Below are positions 13,001-27,586 of a DNA stretch of 64,000 nt, in pieces (the first letter of the stretch is position 1; each line of letters starts with the position of its first letter). The stretch comes from Hormiphora californensis (lineage: Eukaryota > Animalia > Ctenophora), in assembly GCA_020137815.1 (NCBI GenBank), contig CM035358.1, positions 7,440,001-7,504,000 of the forward strand, written 5' to 3'. The notes beneath the pieces are model-generated. The model ran no database searches. It was given only the letters and a program-made list of their open reading frames with translations, and had not been told where the DNA came from. The translations under genes were made by a program, and so were the position numbers.

Positions 13001-14260
13001 TCGGGATCGTCGTCGTGACTTAAACCTGTTTATCCGCCAGCGGCGGATAAACTCCAGCTAACTTCTCCCAGCGGCGCGCTGGAGAAAAGTTATCTGAAAT
13101 AAGCGCCAGTGGCCAGAGTTTATGCCTCATATAGACACCAAGTGAAAAACCTCTTCTTCTTTTCATTTTATTTCTCTCTTTTGTTCTCGTGCATACATGA
13201 AACACATGAATATACGTATTCGCCGACCCCATCTGAGCGCACTGTCGAATCAGATTGGGGGCCAGACAGGGGTTCCTTTGTTTTGTTCACAGACCGTATT
13301 ACTATTTTCAGTAAATTCTATGCCAACGAAAAAGCGAATCCGTGGATGGTAGGCCGGCACACTGTCCAGTATAGTAAACGGTTTTTTGGGCTGAATGAAG
13401 GGATAGAGGAGAAGTATACCATCACTAAGGAGACGGTATACGAGAATCTGATGGTGTTACAAGTTCTATTTACTAGTATCCAGGTGAGTGAGCTGTCATA
13501 TATCTCTGGTGAGTGAGGTCATATATCATCAGGCCGCGTCCTTGCCATCTGCCTATGCTCTGACCGCAGCTGTTGGCGCCGAGACCCCATCTGAGCGGAC
13601 TGTCAATTTTGAGAATCATTTGGGTATGGCGCCGCCATACAGGACGCTGTGAGACTATGATCAGGCCAATGTTCAATGCCAGACTACCTCAAATTCATTA
13701 TCATGATTATAGAAAGGGGAATTGGGCTGCGACATTCAATATTTATTTCCCCGAGAGCACTCTAGTTGTCCTGTCAGGCATTCTCTTTGACAGCTCTTTA
13801 GTTATTCAGGCCAGTTCTCTTTGACAGTCTTAGTTATTACTAACCCCAGCTCAATCGAGTTACTGATTAGATCGCATTTCTATGGAATCCTAACCTGTCA
13901 GTAAAATTACCATGGAAATCAAATGAAACTTGATAATATGCGTTGACTCAACAACTAAAGTCATGTTTCATTTCTTTAATTTTTGTTTAATAACACATCA
14001 CTGACTATTATTAATTAATTAATTAACTTAATTGCAGAATCCAACTACAAAGATACGTAAAGTACGACTATACCCAACTAATTGGAGATGTCGGGGGCCA
14101 GATGGGTATGCTCCTCGGACATCTCTCTTCACCATTATAGAGTTTCATCCATTTCTTTATCAAGGCAGCCTGGAGGTATTGTGTCAAGAGGCCGCTAGAA
14201 GGGCGGGAGAGGGGGTGGAACGCCCTCGTATGAGATGCACAGAGACCAGGTAGAGGATGA
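7024..14260 (+). CDS. DEG/ENaC paralogue 2, copy A: complete exon set but many 1-nt indels (sequence errors or pseudogenisation)
   Basis: Exon 7024-7053 (MVPQTPIKEK), exon 7308-7388 (FTTETTSHGI, HG motif) and the exon from 7546 (WVRLIYLILWLAAVVY, TM1), followed by exons co-linear with copy B but frameshifted, mostly at homopolymers. Confidence 0.85.
8724..8791. mobile_element. Mini-MITE present only in copy A
   Basis: CTTGGTGACATA...TATGTCACCAAG inverted ends, flanked by TAA; absent at ~32520. Confidence 0.5.
9346..9662 (-). mobile_element. Non-autonomous Helitron, 317 bp, present only in copy A
   Basis: On the minus strand it reads 5'-TC...CTAG-3', inserted between A and T with no TSD. It has a 3' hairpin GCGCACCCA-T-TGGGTGCGC and a second hairpin ACCCGGC-TTC-GCCGGGT. 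The empty site is at ~33113 in copy B. Confidence 0.85.
10415..10928. mobile_element. TA-flanked MITE (Tc1/mariner-type target); copy B at 33876-34336
   Basis: TA|CCTTACTCTCGCTAATTAAG...CTTAATTAACGAGAGTAAGG|TA, with internal TTTTGGGTTTCTTA tandem repeats whose copy number differs between A and B. Confidence 0.7.
12478..13130. mobile_element. Composite inverted-repeat element in an ENaC-2 intron (copy B ~35889-36545); superfamily unclear
   Basis: Two adjacent IR pairs (TATATACCCTG/CAGGGTATATA and CATAAACTCTGACCACTGGC/GCCAGTGGCCAGAGTTTATG) plus internal hairpins such as TTTATCCGCC-AGC-GGCGGATAAA. Confidence 0.5.
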
Positions 14261-15210
14261 ACGAACGATATCATGTGTTAAAGATGTGTTAACCATGTGT
14301 TAAATATGGAGTTCTAGGCTCATATATATGATACCTAAATATATATATGAATTGATATGATACCTAACGTTATTTTAGGTTCATTTTCACACGTGGGTGC
14401 AGAATCCACCTGTGCAAATGAACGATGCAGCAGCTGCATCACGTGTACATTTTATTAGGCACACCACTTGTCAGTTGTATCATGAACTGTGTATGGACTC
14501 AGTCCATTGGACTGTCAACATTCCATTTCTACAGTGTCGTGTTAGTTTGGTATTGGTCCTTTCTGTATATGAGCGACCCACTAGTTGAAAATTGAGTGAA
14601 ATCGGCTGAATATTTGTTTATGGATATGTCATTATATTTATATTATTAACTTTACAACTGCTTAAATTTATGGTGTTTGGTCAATGGATAAAGTTTGAAT
14701 AATATACACATTATTTTGCATCATTATACAGTCACATACACAATATACATATACGGATCAACACATATAATAGTTCATACATACATTATATCAATAGTTA
14801 TTAAGTATATTACTATTAACAAACACATAACATGTAATAATTAACACTTAAACATCAACCTAAATTGTAGAAACAAATCCACGGAAAATAGCATTTTCCT
14901 GCCCAGAAAATTTCTACTTCCAGTACTAGTAGTTCAGTAGTAGTGGTTACAGTAGTGGGGGATCCAACAACCGGATTTCCATCAGTAGTATGCAGTGCAA
15001 AGCTAAAGTGGTGTATAACTCATGCGGACGCAGTAGTAATAAAGGGGTGGGGAGTAGGAGCACCCATATCCCGCCAGTGACGTCACTACGTGACTAGACG
15101 TAGTAGTAATAAAAGGGCGGGGAGTTGGAGCACCTCATATCCCGCCAGTGACTAGACGCAGTAGTGGTAGTAGAAATTTTACTACATAAAAATTTTACTA
15201 CATGTATATA

Positions 15211-17838
15211 ATCTATTGAATTCTGTAAAAATACGGCTTGACCTCATATTTTTGGGGGGCAAGCTAATTCCTTCACTAAATGTTAGCCAGGATCTCCTCA
15301 TATCCTAACCTAAAAACCTTACTGAATGAAGCATACCCGTTTGGTTAAAACATGTGGTAAGGTTTTTTAGTTTCATTCGTTACACAGGCATCGCAGATCA
15401 AAATGGTTTTTTACTAAAATGATCTCCTTATCAATACGCGTCGATTGACAAGAGGTTCGCCGGTTAGCCTAAAACATGAACCCGCCCCTAACACATGTAC
15501 CCGTTTGGGGTTTTTGCGATAACTTCTGAACCTTACGTCATAGAAAGGTTTATAACCACTATAATCGATGCAGAATTTAACGCCGAGAAAGATGGTTCTA
15601 TTCCTTTTGTTCTAGGACGTTCCTGAAACCCATAAAAGCCAAAAAAACCTAAAAAACCTAAAAATCCTAAATTTAGGACTTGAGCACTAAAAATTTTTTT
15701 CACTTCTAATTAGACACCAAACACTATTCTGACCAAGTTTCATCAAAATTGGGGCTGTTCTCTCTCACTTTAAGTCTCTATATCATCTGGTTAATTAGAT
15801 AATTGGATAATTAGGTCTGTACATAACCGTTTTTTGGCTATATGGCTATAGCCACTTGGGAATGATTTAGAGACTTTTCACTGGTGCCATTTTTTCAGAA
15901 ATAAATTTCAATCTAAGAGTTGTTGAAAAATTTAGGCTCTCTCTTACCGTTTTGGCGTTATTTGCGGTCAAAGTAGGGCAAATCAGCCGAAAATGCCAAT
16001 TGTATTCTTCATTTTTGGCATTTCCGGCTGATTTGGCCTACATTCACCACAAATAACTCCAAAATGGTATGAGATAGAGCCTAAATTTTTCAACAACTGA
16101 ACAAAATGGCACCAGTGAAAGTCTTTAAACCATTCCTAAGTGGCTATAGCCATATAGCCAAAAAACGGTTATACGCTTACCTAATTATCCAATTATCTAA
16201 TTAACCGATGCGATAGAGACTTAATTCCGGGACCTACCCCCACTAATGCGAGGACGCTGACACTTTGATGCCCTGATTTTGTCTCTACTCTTTCCTAACG
16301 GTAGTTACGCTTTGGCTTAAGGGTACGCTAACCAAAAATTTTTTTCGAGTGCAGGGAAATCTCTCACCGTAGGGTTTGTAATAGGCCATGCCAAAGAGAC
16401 CTCAAAATGCAATTTGAGCTCTCAAGTCGAATTCATATTTTTGCTACAGCTGTTTAAAAATGTCCTGTAAATACGTTTTTGGCATCTCAAAAAATTTTTT
16501 TAAAAGATGGGAGCATGAAAATTTGGGGATTTGAAGAGGACATGAAGGTGAGTAACCACAAAAAAAATTTTTGCAATCCGAGCTGATTTCCGGTCCTGAG
16601 ATGGATTTCTTTTTTTCCACTTTAACGCCCTATTTGACAAAGTTCCGAAAACATGTGAAAGCTGTAATTGTGTGAAAGTTGCGTCTAACGATTTCTAAGT
16701 GGCCATAAATTTTGGGCGTGTCCTTATTTGAGATAAGCTGTACAGAGTTTTTTTTGTGAAAGCCGTCATTTCAGAAATAGATAAATTCCCTGTATCTCAA
16801 AATGGCTGATCGTAGAGACCTGAGACTATGCTTAAACGATTCAGAAGATCCGATTTTGGGGGGGGGGGGTCTTCTGAGAGACATTTTGCTCCTACTTCAA
16901 CCACCGTTTTTGCTGTAATTGCGAAAAACAAATTCTATGAAAAGGGCAAAAGCTAAACTCCAATATCCTGTAATTAGGGAATTTTTGGCTAAGAAAGACC
17001 GAAACTATGGAAAAATGTGTAACAAGCTAATTCCTTCACTATTTGGTCCATATGGTCCCTATAATCACCAAAAACAAAATTTAAAAAATCAGGATGGCGA
17101 AGATGGGTTTTTGTTTTTCGCAATTACAGCAAAAACGGTTGAAGTAGGAGCAAAATGTCTTCAGAAGACCCCCCAAATCGGACCTTCTGAATCGTTTTAA
17201 GCGTAGTCTCAGGTCCTACGATCAGCCGTTTTTAGATACAGGGAATTTATTTATTTCTGAAATGACGGCTTTCACAAAAAAACTCTGTACAGCTTATCTC
17301 AAAATTTATGGCCACTTAGATAATCGTTAGACGCAACTTTTCACCAATTTACAGCTTTCACATGTTTTCGGAACTTTGCCAAATAGGGCGTTAAAGTGGA
17401 AAAAAAGAAATCCATCTCAGGCCGAAATCAGCTCGGATTGCAAAAATTTTTTTTGTGGTTACTCACCTTCATGTCCTCTTCAAAATCCCCAAATTTTCAT
17501 GCTCCCATCTTTTAAAAAAATTTTTTGAGATGCCAAAAACTATTTACAGGACATTTTTTAAACAGCTGTAGCAAAAATATGAATTCGACTTGAGAGCTCA
17601 AATTGCATATTTGAGGTCTCTTTGGCATGGCCTACAACCCTACGGTGAGAGATTTCCCTGCACTCGAAAAAAAATTTTGGTTAGCGTACCCTTAAAAGGG
17701 CGTGGCCGGAAATGACCTCCCCCCAACGGGTAGAGCTTAGACTTTTTTTTGGTGGCTTAGGGGATCCCTGGCTAACATTTAGTGAAGGAATTAGCTTGCC
17801 CCCCAAAAATATGAGGTCATGGCAAGAATTCAATAGAT
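15211..17838. mobile_element. Outer TIR element (copy A, lacking the 5.6 kb foldback)
   Basis: Same inverted termini as 38689-46991. Confidence 0.7.
16321..17691. mobile_element. Same Kolobok-like foldback, copy A
   Basis: Same termini and arms. Confidence 0.78.
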
Positions 17839-18915
17839 TAATAGATGACTGGATAGGATCTCATTAATTTTGAGACATGTTTAGAATTGGGTTGAGCAAT
17901 ATGATAGCTACAGATTTAAATTTTTAATCTGCTTTCGCTGATTGAATATCATTTTACTAAACTATTTCTACTTTCCTACCTAAGTTTTCATAACATGAAA
18001 CATGTTATGGTGTAGTACCTATAGCTTTACAAACAATGCCAATTTGATCTGATTAGACTATAAAGAGTATCACCCTGCCTGGCTAGACTGTGTTTCGGGC
18101 GCCCCGAAATGTAAGGAGGGTTAGAAATAGAACAAACAGTACCAACCAACTACCACCATTGATTAGACTGTAAAGAGTACTGCACCAACTGCCACCCTTG
18201 ATTAACTATATAAACTTGCTGAGCTTGATGTAAATAACAAATCCCGCTCACTGCATGTCCCCTACACTGTGTACCATGTGTAGTAAGTGCTGCTTGTAGT
18301 CGTATTACCGTAATGGAAATACAGTAATGAGACGCGCACGTTGCAATACGCGCGGCAAAAAGTGCATGTGTTCGCACGTACTAGCGCCCTGATTGGCTGC
18401 GGTTGCGCGTCGTCTTACTTTATCTCCGTTTCCATACCGTTTTCCCACTACAAGCGACACATGTACATGTGGTTGCTGCTAAGAATTCTATTGGAACTCC
18501 GCCACACGGCCTCCACCAGGAACCGACCGAAACAAGTAAACAACCAATCAGAACTCGTATTTAGTTCACGTGACTGGTATCAGCCAATCAGGGACCAGTA
18601 TTTCCTGATTCGGTCGGTTCCTGACCTCCACCATGTGAAATGTGTGTTTAAGGGCCTTAAACATGCTGCTTGTAGTCGCATTACCGTAATGGAAATACTG
18701 AGTAAGGGCCTTCCTCAACAACTACATAACATATTTCTCATTATCTAGCTCGTGCTTCAAAATTCCAGACAAGTTTCAAAGAATGCATTTCTTCTCGTTA
18801 CCTTTTAACTCGACTATATAAATCATGCACCTCCCGCAGGGTTCCGATTATTCTTTTAAGTTTAAACTGAGAAGCAACTTAATTCACCTAATTTAGCACG
18901 TGAGTAACCTGTTAA

Positions 18916-21900
18916 AGTGAGAGTGGACCGAATCAGAATTGGATAAGTTTGGTGTAGGTGGTAGAGATTAGCTTTCTGAGCATTTTGCGTTTTTGCCGCT
19001 CAAAATCGACCACCCATCACTGAGATATCTTTGGGTAATATACCAATTCTTGGTGTTCGAAGGAAATAGCGCTAATTAGCGGTTTTTAATAGCGCTAATT
19101 AGCGCTAATTAGCGCTATTAGCGATAGCGCTATTTTATCGATAGCGCTAATAGCGCTAATAATAGCGCTATTCACAAAAGTAGCGCTAATTTTGCCGCTA
19201 ATTAGCGCTAATTAGCGATCAAAATAGCGGTAATTAGCGGTAGCGCTATTTTAGCGCTTTTTGTAACCGCTAATCGGGCAATTTTAGTAAAAAAATAACG
19301 CTATTAACTTACAAAATAGCGCTAATCAGCGCTAATTAGCGCTAATTAGCGCTATTAACATTCTCAATTCATTTTGTTCGAACCGCTAATTAGCGCTATT
19401 TCAATTTCATCAAAATATAGAAAACGCTATGATTGGATAATGTATGTCACGTGACAAAAATCCTGTCATGTGACGAAAAATAGCGCTAATTAGCGCTATT
19501 TTTGTAATCGCTAATTAGCGCTAATTAGCGCTATTATCAACTTAAACGTTTATTATTTTGTTAATAGCGCTAATATGCGCTAATTACGCTATTTAATATT
19601 TTGCAAATAGCGCTAGTTAGCGCTTTATAGCGCTAATAAGCGCTAATTAGCGCTATTTGCATATTATAAATGCGCTAATTAGCGCTAATTAGCGCATTAT
19701 TCAAGTTAAACGTTTATTATTTTATTAATAGCGCTAATAAGCGCTAATTAGCGCTATTAATATTTTGCAAATAAGCGCTAGTTAGGCGCTTATTAGGCTA
19801 TAAGCGCTAATTAGCGCTATTAATAATATAAATAGCGCTAATTAGCGCTAATTAGCGATATTATCAACTTAAACGTTTATTTTTTTATTATAGCGCTAAT
19901 TAGCGCTAATTAGCGCTTTTATCAGCTTAACGTTATTTATTTCATTAATAGCGCTAATAAGCGCTAATTAGCGCTATTAATAAAATAATAAACGTTTAAG
20001 TTGAAAATAGCGCTAATTAGCGCTAGTTAGCGCTATTAATATTTTGCAAATAGCGCTAATAGCGCTTATTAGCGCTAATTAGCGCTATTTCCAAAATATT
20101 AATAGCGCTTATTAGCGCTATTAATAAAATATTAAACGTTTAAGTTGATATAGCGCTAATTAGCGTAATTAGCGCTATTAAAGATATGGAAAATAGCGCT
20201 ATCTAGCGCTTATTAGCGCTAATTAGCGCAACTAGCGCTATTTGCAAAATATTAATAGCGCTAATTAGCGCTTATTAGCGCTATTAATAAAATAGTAAAC
20301 GTTAAAGTTGATAATAGCGCTAATTAGCGTAATTAGCGCTATTAATAATATGGAAAAGCGCTAATTACGCTTATTAGCGCTAATTAGCGCTAACTAGCGC
20401 TATTGCAAAATATTAATAGCGCTAATTAGCGCTTTTAGCGCTATAATAAAAGTAACGTTTAAGTTGTAATAGCGCTAATAAGCGCTAATTAGCGCTATTA
20501 ATTTTGCAAATAGCGCTTATAGCGCTAATTACGCTAATTAGCGCTATTTGGAAAATATAAAGCTTAATTAGCGCTAATTGCGCTTTTATCCGCTTAACGT
20601 TTATTATTTTCATAATGCGCTAATAATAGCGCTAATTAACACTATAATAAAATAATAAACGTTTAAGTTGATAATACGCTAATTAGCGCTAGTTAGCGCT
20701 ATTAATATTTTGCAAATAGCGCTAATTAGCGCTATTTCCAAAATATTAATAGCGCTAATAGCGCTTATTAGCGCTATAATAAATAATAAACGTTTAAGTT
20801 GATAATACGCTAATTAGCGCTAATTAGCGCTATTAATGATATGAAATGCGCTATCTAGCGCTTATTAGCGCTAATTAGCGCTAACTAGCGCTATTTGCAA
20901 AATATTAATAGCGCTTATTAGCGCTTATTAGCGCTATTAATAAATAGTTACGTTTAAGTTGAAATAGCGCTAATAAGCGCTAATTGCGCTATTATAATAT
21001 GGAAATAGCGCTAATTAGCGCTATTAGCGCTACTAGCGCAATTTGCAAAATATTATAGCGCTAATTAGCGTTATTAGCGCTATTAATAAAATAGTTAACG
21101 TTTAGTTGATAATAGCGTAATAAGCGCTAATTAGCGCTATTATAATATGGAAATAGCGCTAATTAGCGCTATTAGCGCTTTATAAGCGCTATAGCGCTAT
21201 TTCCAAATATTAATAGCGCTAATTAGCGCTTATTAGCGCTATTAATAAATAATAAACGTTGTTATTGATATAGCGCTAATTAGCCTAATTAGCGCTATTT
21301 ATAATAGCAAATAGCGCTAATTAGCGCTTATCGCTAATAACGCTACTATCGCTATTGCAAATATTAATAGCGCTAATTAGCGTTATTAGCGCTATTATAA
21401 AACTTAAACGTTTATTATTTTGTTAATAGCGTCTAATAAGCGCTAATTAGCGCTATTAATAATATGGAAATAGCGCTAATTAGCGCTTATTAGCGCTAAT
21501 TAGCGCTAACTAGCGCTATTGCAAATTTAATAGCGCTAATTAGCGCTTATAGCGTATTAATAAAATAGTTAACGTTTAAGTTGATAATACGCGCTATAAG
21601 CGTTAATTAGCGCTATTAATAATATAAAATAGCGCTAATTAGCGCTTATTAGCGCTAATTAGTGCTAACTAGCGCTATTTGGAAAATATTAATAGCGCTA
21701 ATTAGGCGCTTATTAGCGCTATTAATAAAATAGTTAACGTTTAAGTTGATAATAGCGCTAATAAGCGTTATTAGCGCTATTAATAATATGAAAATAGCGC
21801 TAATTAGCGGCTTATTAGCGCTAATTAGCGCTTAACTAGCGCTATTTGTAAAAATATTAATAGCGCTAATTAGCGCTTATAGCGCTATTAATAAAATAGT

Positions 21901-23480
21901 TAACGTTTAGTTGATAATAGCGCTAATAAGCGCTAATTAGCGCTATTAATAATATGGAAATAGCGCTTATTAGCGCTAATTAGCGCTATTTGCAAAATAT
22001 TAATAGCGCTAATTAGCGCTTATTAGCGCTATTAATAAATAGTTAACGTTTAAGTTGATAATAGCGCTAATTAGCGCTAATTAGCGCTATTTATAATATC
22101 AAATAGCGCTAATTAGCGCTACTTTTAAATTGTCTATAGCGCTGATCAGCGCTATTAACAAAATATACATTCATTATTTTGTTAAATGCGCTAAATAGCG
22201 CTAATTAGGCTATTAATATTTTGCAAATAGCGCTAGTTAGCGCTTATTAGCGCTAATAAGCGCATTAGCGCTATTTGCAAAATATTAATAGCGCTAATTA
22301 GGCCTTATTGCGCTATTATCAACTTAAACGTTTACTATTATGTTAATAGCGCTAATAAGCGCTAATTAGCGCATTAATAATTTGCAAATAGCGCTAGTTA
22401 GCGCTTATTAGCGACTAATAAGCGCTATTTGCAAAATATTAATAGCGCTAATTAGCGCTATTAGCGCTATTAACAAAGTAATATACATATATGTGTGTTA
22501 ATAGCAGCTAATGCGCTATTTACAAATTGTTGATAGCGCTACTTAGCGCTAATTAGCGCTAATTAGCGCTAGTTAGCGCTTATTACGGTATTTTTCAATT
22601 GTTAATAGCGCTTAATTAGCGCTAATTAGCGCTATTTTGTAAATAAAAATAGCTAATCTTTAAGAAATGGCGCTAATTAGCGGTTACAGATTTTGACCAA
22701 TCATAAGGATTTATTAATCACGTGATCAACGCCAACCAATCATGGCTTAGATACGTCAAATAGCGATGTCCTCTAAATAGCGCTATTTCAAAATTTTTAG
22801 GACCGCTATTTGAATAGCGGTGGTTATCAAATTTGAAATTAACACAAAATTTAGAACCGCTATTTTTCTATACAAAATAGCGCTATTTTTAAGTGCAAAA
22901 AGCGCTTAAAATAGCGCTACCGCTAATTACCGCTATTTGTGACGCTAATTAGCGCTAATTAGCGGTCACAAATAGCGCTATTTTATAAATTAGCGCTATT
23001 ATTAGCGCTTCTAACACTTTTATAAATATCGAAATCTTAGATAGCGCTAATTAGCGCTAATTAGCGCTAATTAGCGCTCTTAAAATCGCTAATTAGCGCT
23101 ATTTCCTTCGAACACCAAGAATTGGTTATATTACCTATCTTGTTATGTTGGGAGAATTCCTGCTGGATCAATATTTATCAAACAGATGAACAATCCTTGT
23201 GTTTACTAACAGACTCTTTAAATTTTGAATATGCTGGCTTGCATTGCCCTGCTTCTGTGCTGGGACATTTCAACCTCACTGCTTGTTCGAATGTGTAGTA
23301 AACACCACGATTGTTTTCTTTCTGTTTTATACATACTGATTAAACAGGATTTCCCAACATAACAAAAATATCTCAGTGATGGGTGGGTCGATTTTGGGAC
23401 GGCAAAAACGCAAAATGCTCAGAAAGCTAATCTCTACTACCTCCAACAACTTGTCTGATTGGATTCGGTCCACTCTCACT
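18916..23480. mobile_element. Same TTAA MITE, copy A
   Basis: Same termini as 48084-52757. Confidence 0.72.
19034..23135. mobile_element. Merlin-like AGCGCT-satellite element (copy A)
   Basis: Same TIRs and array as 48203-52399, with many 1-nt deletions. Confidence 0.85.
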
Positions 23481-23659
23481 TTAACACCGCCCCGCCCATG
23501 GCTAAGCATAAAATAAATAATCGTAATATACATCTTGTTGCATGCAAGTATAAAATAAAGATACATCTGCGTTCCATCCATGCAAGCTCCGATTATTATA
23601 CAGCACAGCAGATAGTCTTTGTCCTTTGAGATACAGCTACAGAGAGTTGGAGAGTTTCT

Positions 23660-26600
23660 TCATTTTGGTTTGCTTTGTTCCCCTTTAGCAGCTGCTTTTT
23701 TAACCGCGATTGCAGCGGTGAACTGTTCCCCTATTACCGAGGAGCGAAGTGATGACACACCTGAAAGAGGGACATGGTATAAATTATACTTAATGGGTGC
23801 AGTTCGGTAAGATTTTTCGTTTTAAGAACCTTCATAATTCCACTTCGAGAGGCTGGTCACGAAAGTAATACTTTAGTCTAACTAACCACACATAACTCCT
23901 ACGAACAACTACATACTAGAAATAACTCCCACGAACTACATAACTCGAATAAATCCCACGAATAAACTCCCAACTTGTTTGAACTTGAAGGTTCTAAGGA
24001 TTTCTAACTGGCTATAATTCCAAAATATATACTTGAAGATTTATCAGGTCAAAGCTCAAAAGCTAAATTGTTGTTTAACTGAATCGTCAGGCCAAAGCTC
24101 TGGCCACAGTTCTCGTGCACTTCGCCGCGTGCAGAACAAACTATTTGAAAGAATGGGTCAGGCCAATGCTCTGACAGAACTGAATAACGCGAATTATATC
24201 AGGCGGATGTTGGCCGTCACCCCCCCCCCCCCCCCGTCACCCTATATAGTTAGATCTGGTGATCTGGTTGGTCACGTGTCACTGTATATCACGTGGCGCA
24301 CTTGTCATCCATCACTGAATTAACCAGTCAACTAGACGCGACACAATAATGAATATATAGTTCATGCCGGACAATGAAGCCGCCTTTAAAAAGCGAAAGT
24401 AAGCGAATATAATATGTTCAAATCTAGCTCTTTGTTCTCAATTTAATAGGAGCGAACTATCTTATAACTAGTAAAACTACATTGTAAGATAACCATATAT
24501 GTGTCGGTCCCCCAATCTTGCAATTCGCTCTCAAACATACAATAATTGAGCCAATCACTATACTTATTAGACTGCATCAAAAACCCGAGACATTGTCATC
24601 TAGCTACATGTCGATCACCCCTCGCTGTCACTGACCTGACAGCCCCTTCGCAATTGCTCAAGTTTACCCTCGGTACATCTCCTTGGTCATATCTGTGTTG
24701 TTATTGACATTTTTTGGATCAAACAACACAGTGTATCTCCAATTTAGCTGTTACCAAATTACCTCCTATCCCTGAGGAGTTATACATATGCTATGAATAT
24801 CTATGCCATACGTTAGTCTTATAATTACTCTATTCTTTCGCAAGCCCCCTAATCGATTTTACATCATTTAAGTAAGCACAATGGGTATTGGTTAAATCGA
24901 TTGACCCCCATTTCATGATCCATCGCCTTCTATTATATAATGGATCTTCACTGAAGATTCTTCAGCTCTTTAATACCGTGAACTATATCGGATTATTGTC
25001 TTATTATATAGCTCTGCACCCATATTGTATAGGTCCAAGCCCACTTAATTATGCATCCTCCTTGTTGAGTATTTACCCCACTGACTTATTCATTATATTT
25101 ATTGTGTTTAATTTTTGAGTATAGTTACTTAAATCTTTCTCTTTTTTGGGTTTTAGTCGACAGGGTGGTTATCTATCCGTAAACGCGAGATATTTACCCC
25201 TAAATTTATCTAATCCCTAAATCATAGATCTAAATAGTATACTCACCGCTGCTCTGTTCCCCGGGACGGTCAGTGTATGTCTCTTAACGGGGGGTTTGTG
25301 GAGACAATAGTAGACTTGCCAGCGTCAATCTCAAAACGTAATGCCTTCGATCCCTATTGGAATACTCCTATTAAATGTCGAAATTGTAAACATTAGTAGA
25401 CTTGCCAGCGTCATCTGAAAACGTAGTGCTTCGATCCCTATTGGAATATTTGATAAATGTCGTGAATTGCATGTTGTTTTGTATAACCGACAACGTTTAG
25501 TTTTGGAAAGACATATTCAGAAGACAGCTGTAGAACTTGGTAAGATGAAATTCCCTCTGCGCTACCTCACGGCAATAATAGGGGTGACTTCGTAACCACT
25601 GTAGATCGAATATTGGGACGATCTCAGTTGAGAACATTATATTACGCATAGACGGACTATATTACGCATAGATTGATCGCGTCTCTCTTGATTTTCACGG
25701 GCAGAGAAGGAAGGCCGGTACTTTGCCAATTTGCCAACACCTTCCTCCCTTTAACCTGTACCCTAGTTAATACTACTCTAGGAGAAGTATATGGGAGGGT
25801 TGGAAGAGATTACCTAGTTTAGAAATACGGTTTAATACACCTCGTATGGGGGAATGGTTTTAATATTAGGTCATAACCTCCCCCCCCCCCCGTCGCGCTC
25901 CTCTTCACAAGTTAATGTTGCGGCCAACCCCGGTATACTTTGTTCTAGAACCCTCTTGTGGGAGAGAGAGGGTTTGAAACTCACCTTGTTCGTATAACGG
26001 CTGTTGCTCTCCAGGAAGTGTATGAAGGAGCACAGTGGTAAGTGCTCCCCCCACCCCCCTCCACCTCCACCCCTCCAACCTCCACCCCTCCCCTCCACCC
26101 CTCCTCCCTCCACCCTCCACACCACCCACCCCTCTCCCTTGTTCGTATAACGGCTGTTGCTCTCCAGGGTAGGTATAAGGAGAAAACAGTGTAAGTGCTG
26201 GTAGTACTTGTACAGCCCGCGCTGTTCTCCACACTTGAGATCAACGCTTTTTCTGAAGAACATGCATGTGTTAATGAAATGCAAGAATAGGCTAATTGAA
26301 CAACATATCGTAAAACGATGTACAGGCCGGACCCCCCCCCCCCCCGAGAATTGTGCAACTTTTTACTGCTTCAGCTCCACCCCACTTTTTACTTGATATC
26401 GAAGACACCTCACACTCTGTCGCCGGGCGACCTTCGCGCGCGCTGGCAAGGGGTAGCTTTGTAACCAACTTTTTACTGGCTTCAAGATCTTTATACTTTA
26501 CAGCCCTACTAGTTTTAACTAGTCACTGTTAACTGACTAGCGCTGTTAGGTGACCACCATCATCACAGTAGTAAAGTTAGTTTAATATTAAATGGTACAG

Positions 26601-27514
26601 TTATGGCTGTGGAAACTGCCCAATTCCACTTATCCAATATCCATCTGGCTATAAGTCGCTTACCCATCAGATGACACTTCTCGTGAGGGGTAGGATAGAG
26701 GTGACTGCCAGAGAGACCTCCGCATTAGATACTTACATCAAGGTGCCAAGGGACTGCCTGAATGAGGATATGTTGACACTTTAATTAAAATTGTGCTATC
26801 TTTACTTTATTACTTTTACTATCTTGAGACATTTGATTCAATATGCTAAGATAAAGTCAAGCAAATGGTTCTTGATTTGCTCGTCAATCTCAATTAAAAC
26901 TGAAATAGCTGTCACATTCTTGCCTTGTCTATCTTTTACTTTATCAAAACGTCAAGTTATCATGGGAGGGGGGGGGCTTATCCTCTACTTGAGTTTGACA
27001 TTTTAATTCAATATGCTAAAATAAAGTCAAGCCAATTGTTCTTTCGGCGGCCCTCTCAAAACAGTTATTACAGCTCCCAGCTGTCACATCTTGCCTTGCT
27101 CTACCCTGTTCTCAGGGGGGGGGGGGATATATCTACACACCCGAGTAAGACTCAATCCACTGTTATATCCCATCGCTTTGAGAGTTTCCCGTATCTCCTC
27201 TACTCTCCCCTTCCTCATCCTCAAGAGACATCTCTTGGAGCTGAAGGAAACCCTCAATGTTCCACTCCTTGTCCATCTTGAAGTTATCTGAAATGAGATC
27301 TTTGGTGATTTGAAACATTTGTTTGGAACCAACTTGTTTCAAGGTGAAAAGAATATATTCAACTCCTGTTCATCTCAGCAGTATAGTAGTAACTCCTTGC
27401 GATAATAGATTCTATAACCGTTTATACTGTTGGCAAAGATTCTTTACTAAGGAACGCTTTTTATTTGTGACTGTGAAAGAAAGGGGAGAGAGAGAAGAGA
27501 GAGAGAGAGAGAGG

Positions 27515-27586
<72 letters not shown>

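Noticed and set aside
7024-14260. Programmed frameshifting or RNA editing to rescue copy A
   Set aside because: Indels are equally dense in introns and repeats and favour homopolymers, as expected for consensus error.
23619-23810. Plus-strand signal-peptide or neuropeptide-like ORF (AAAFLTAIAAVNCSP)
   Set aside because: It is the antisense shadow of the last EFCAB7 exon, and its frame is not kept in copy B.
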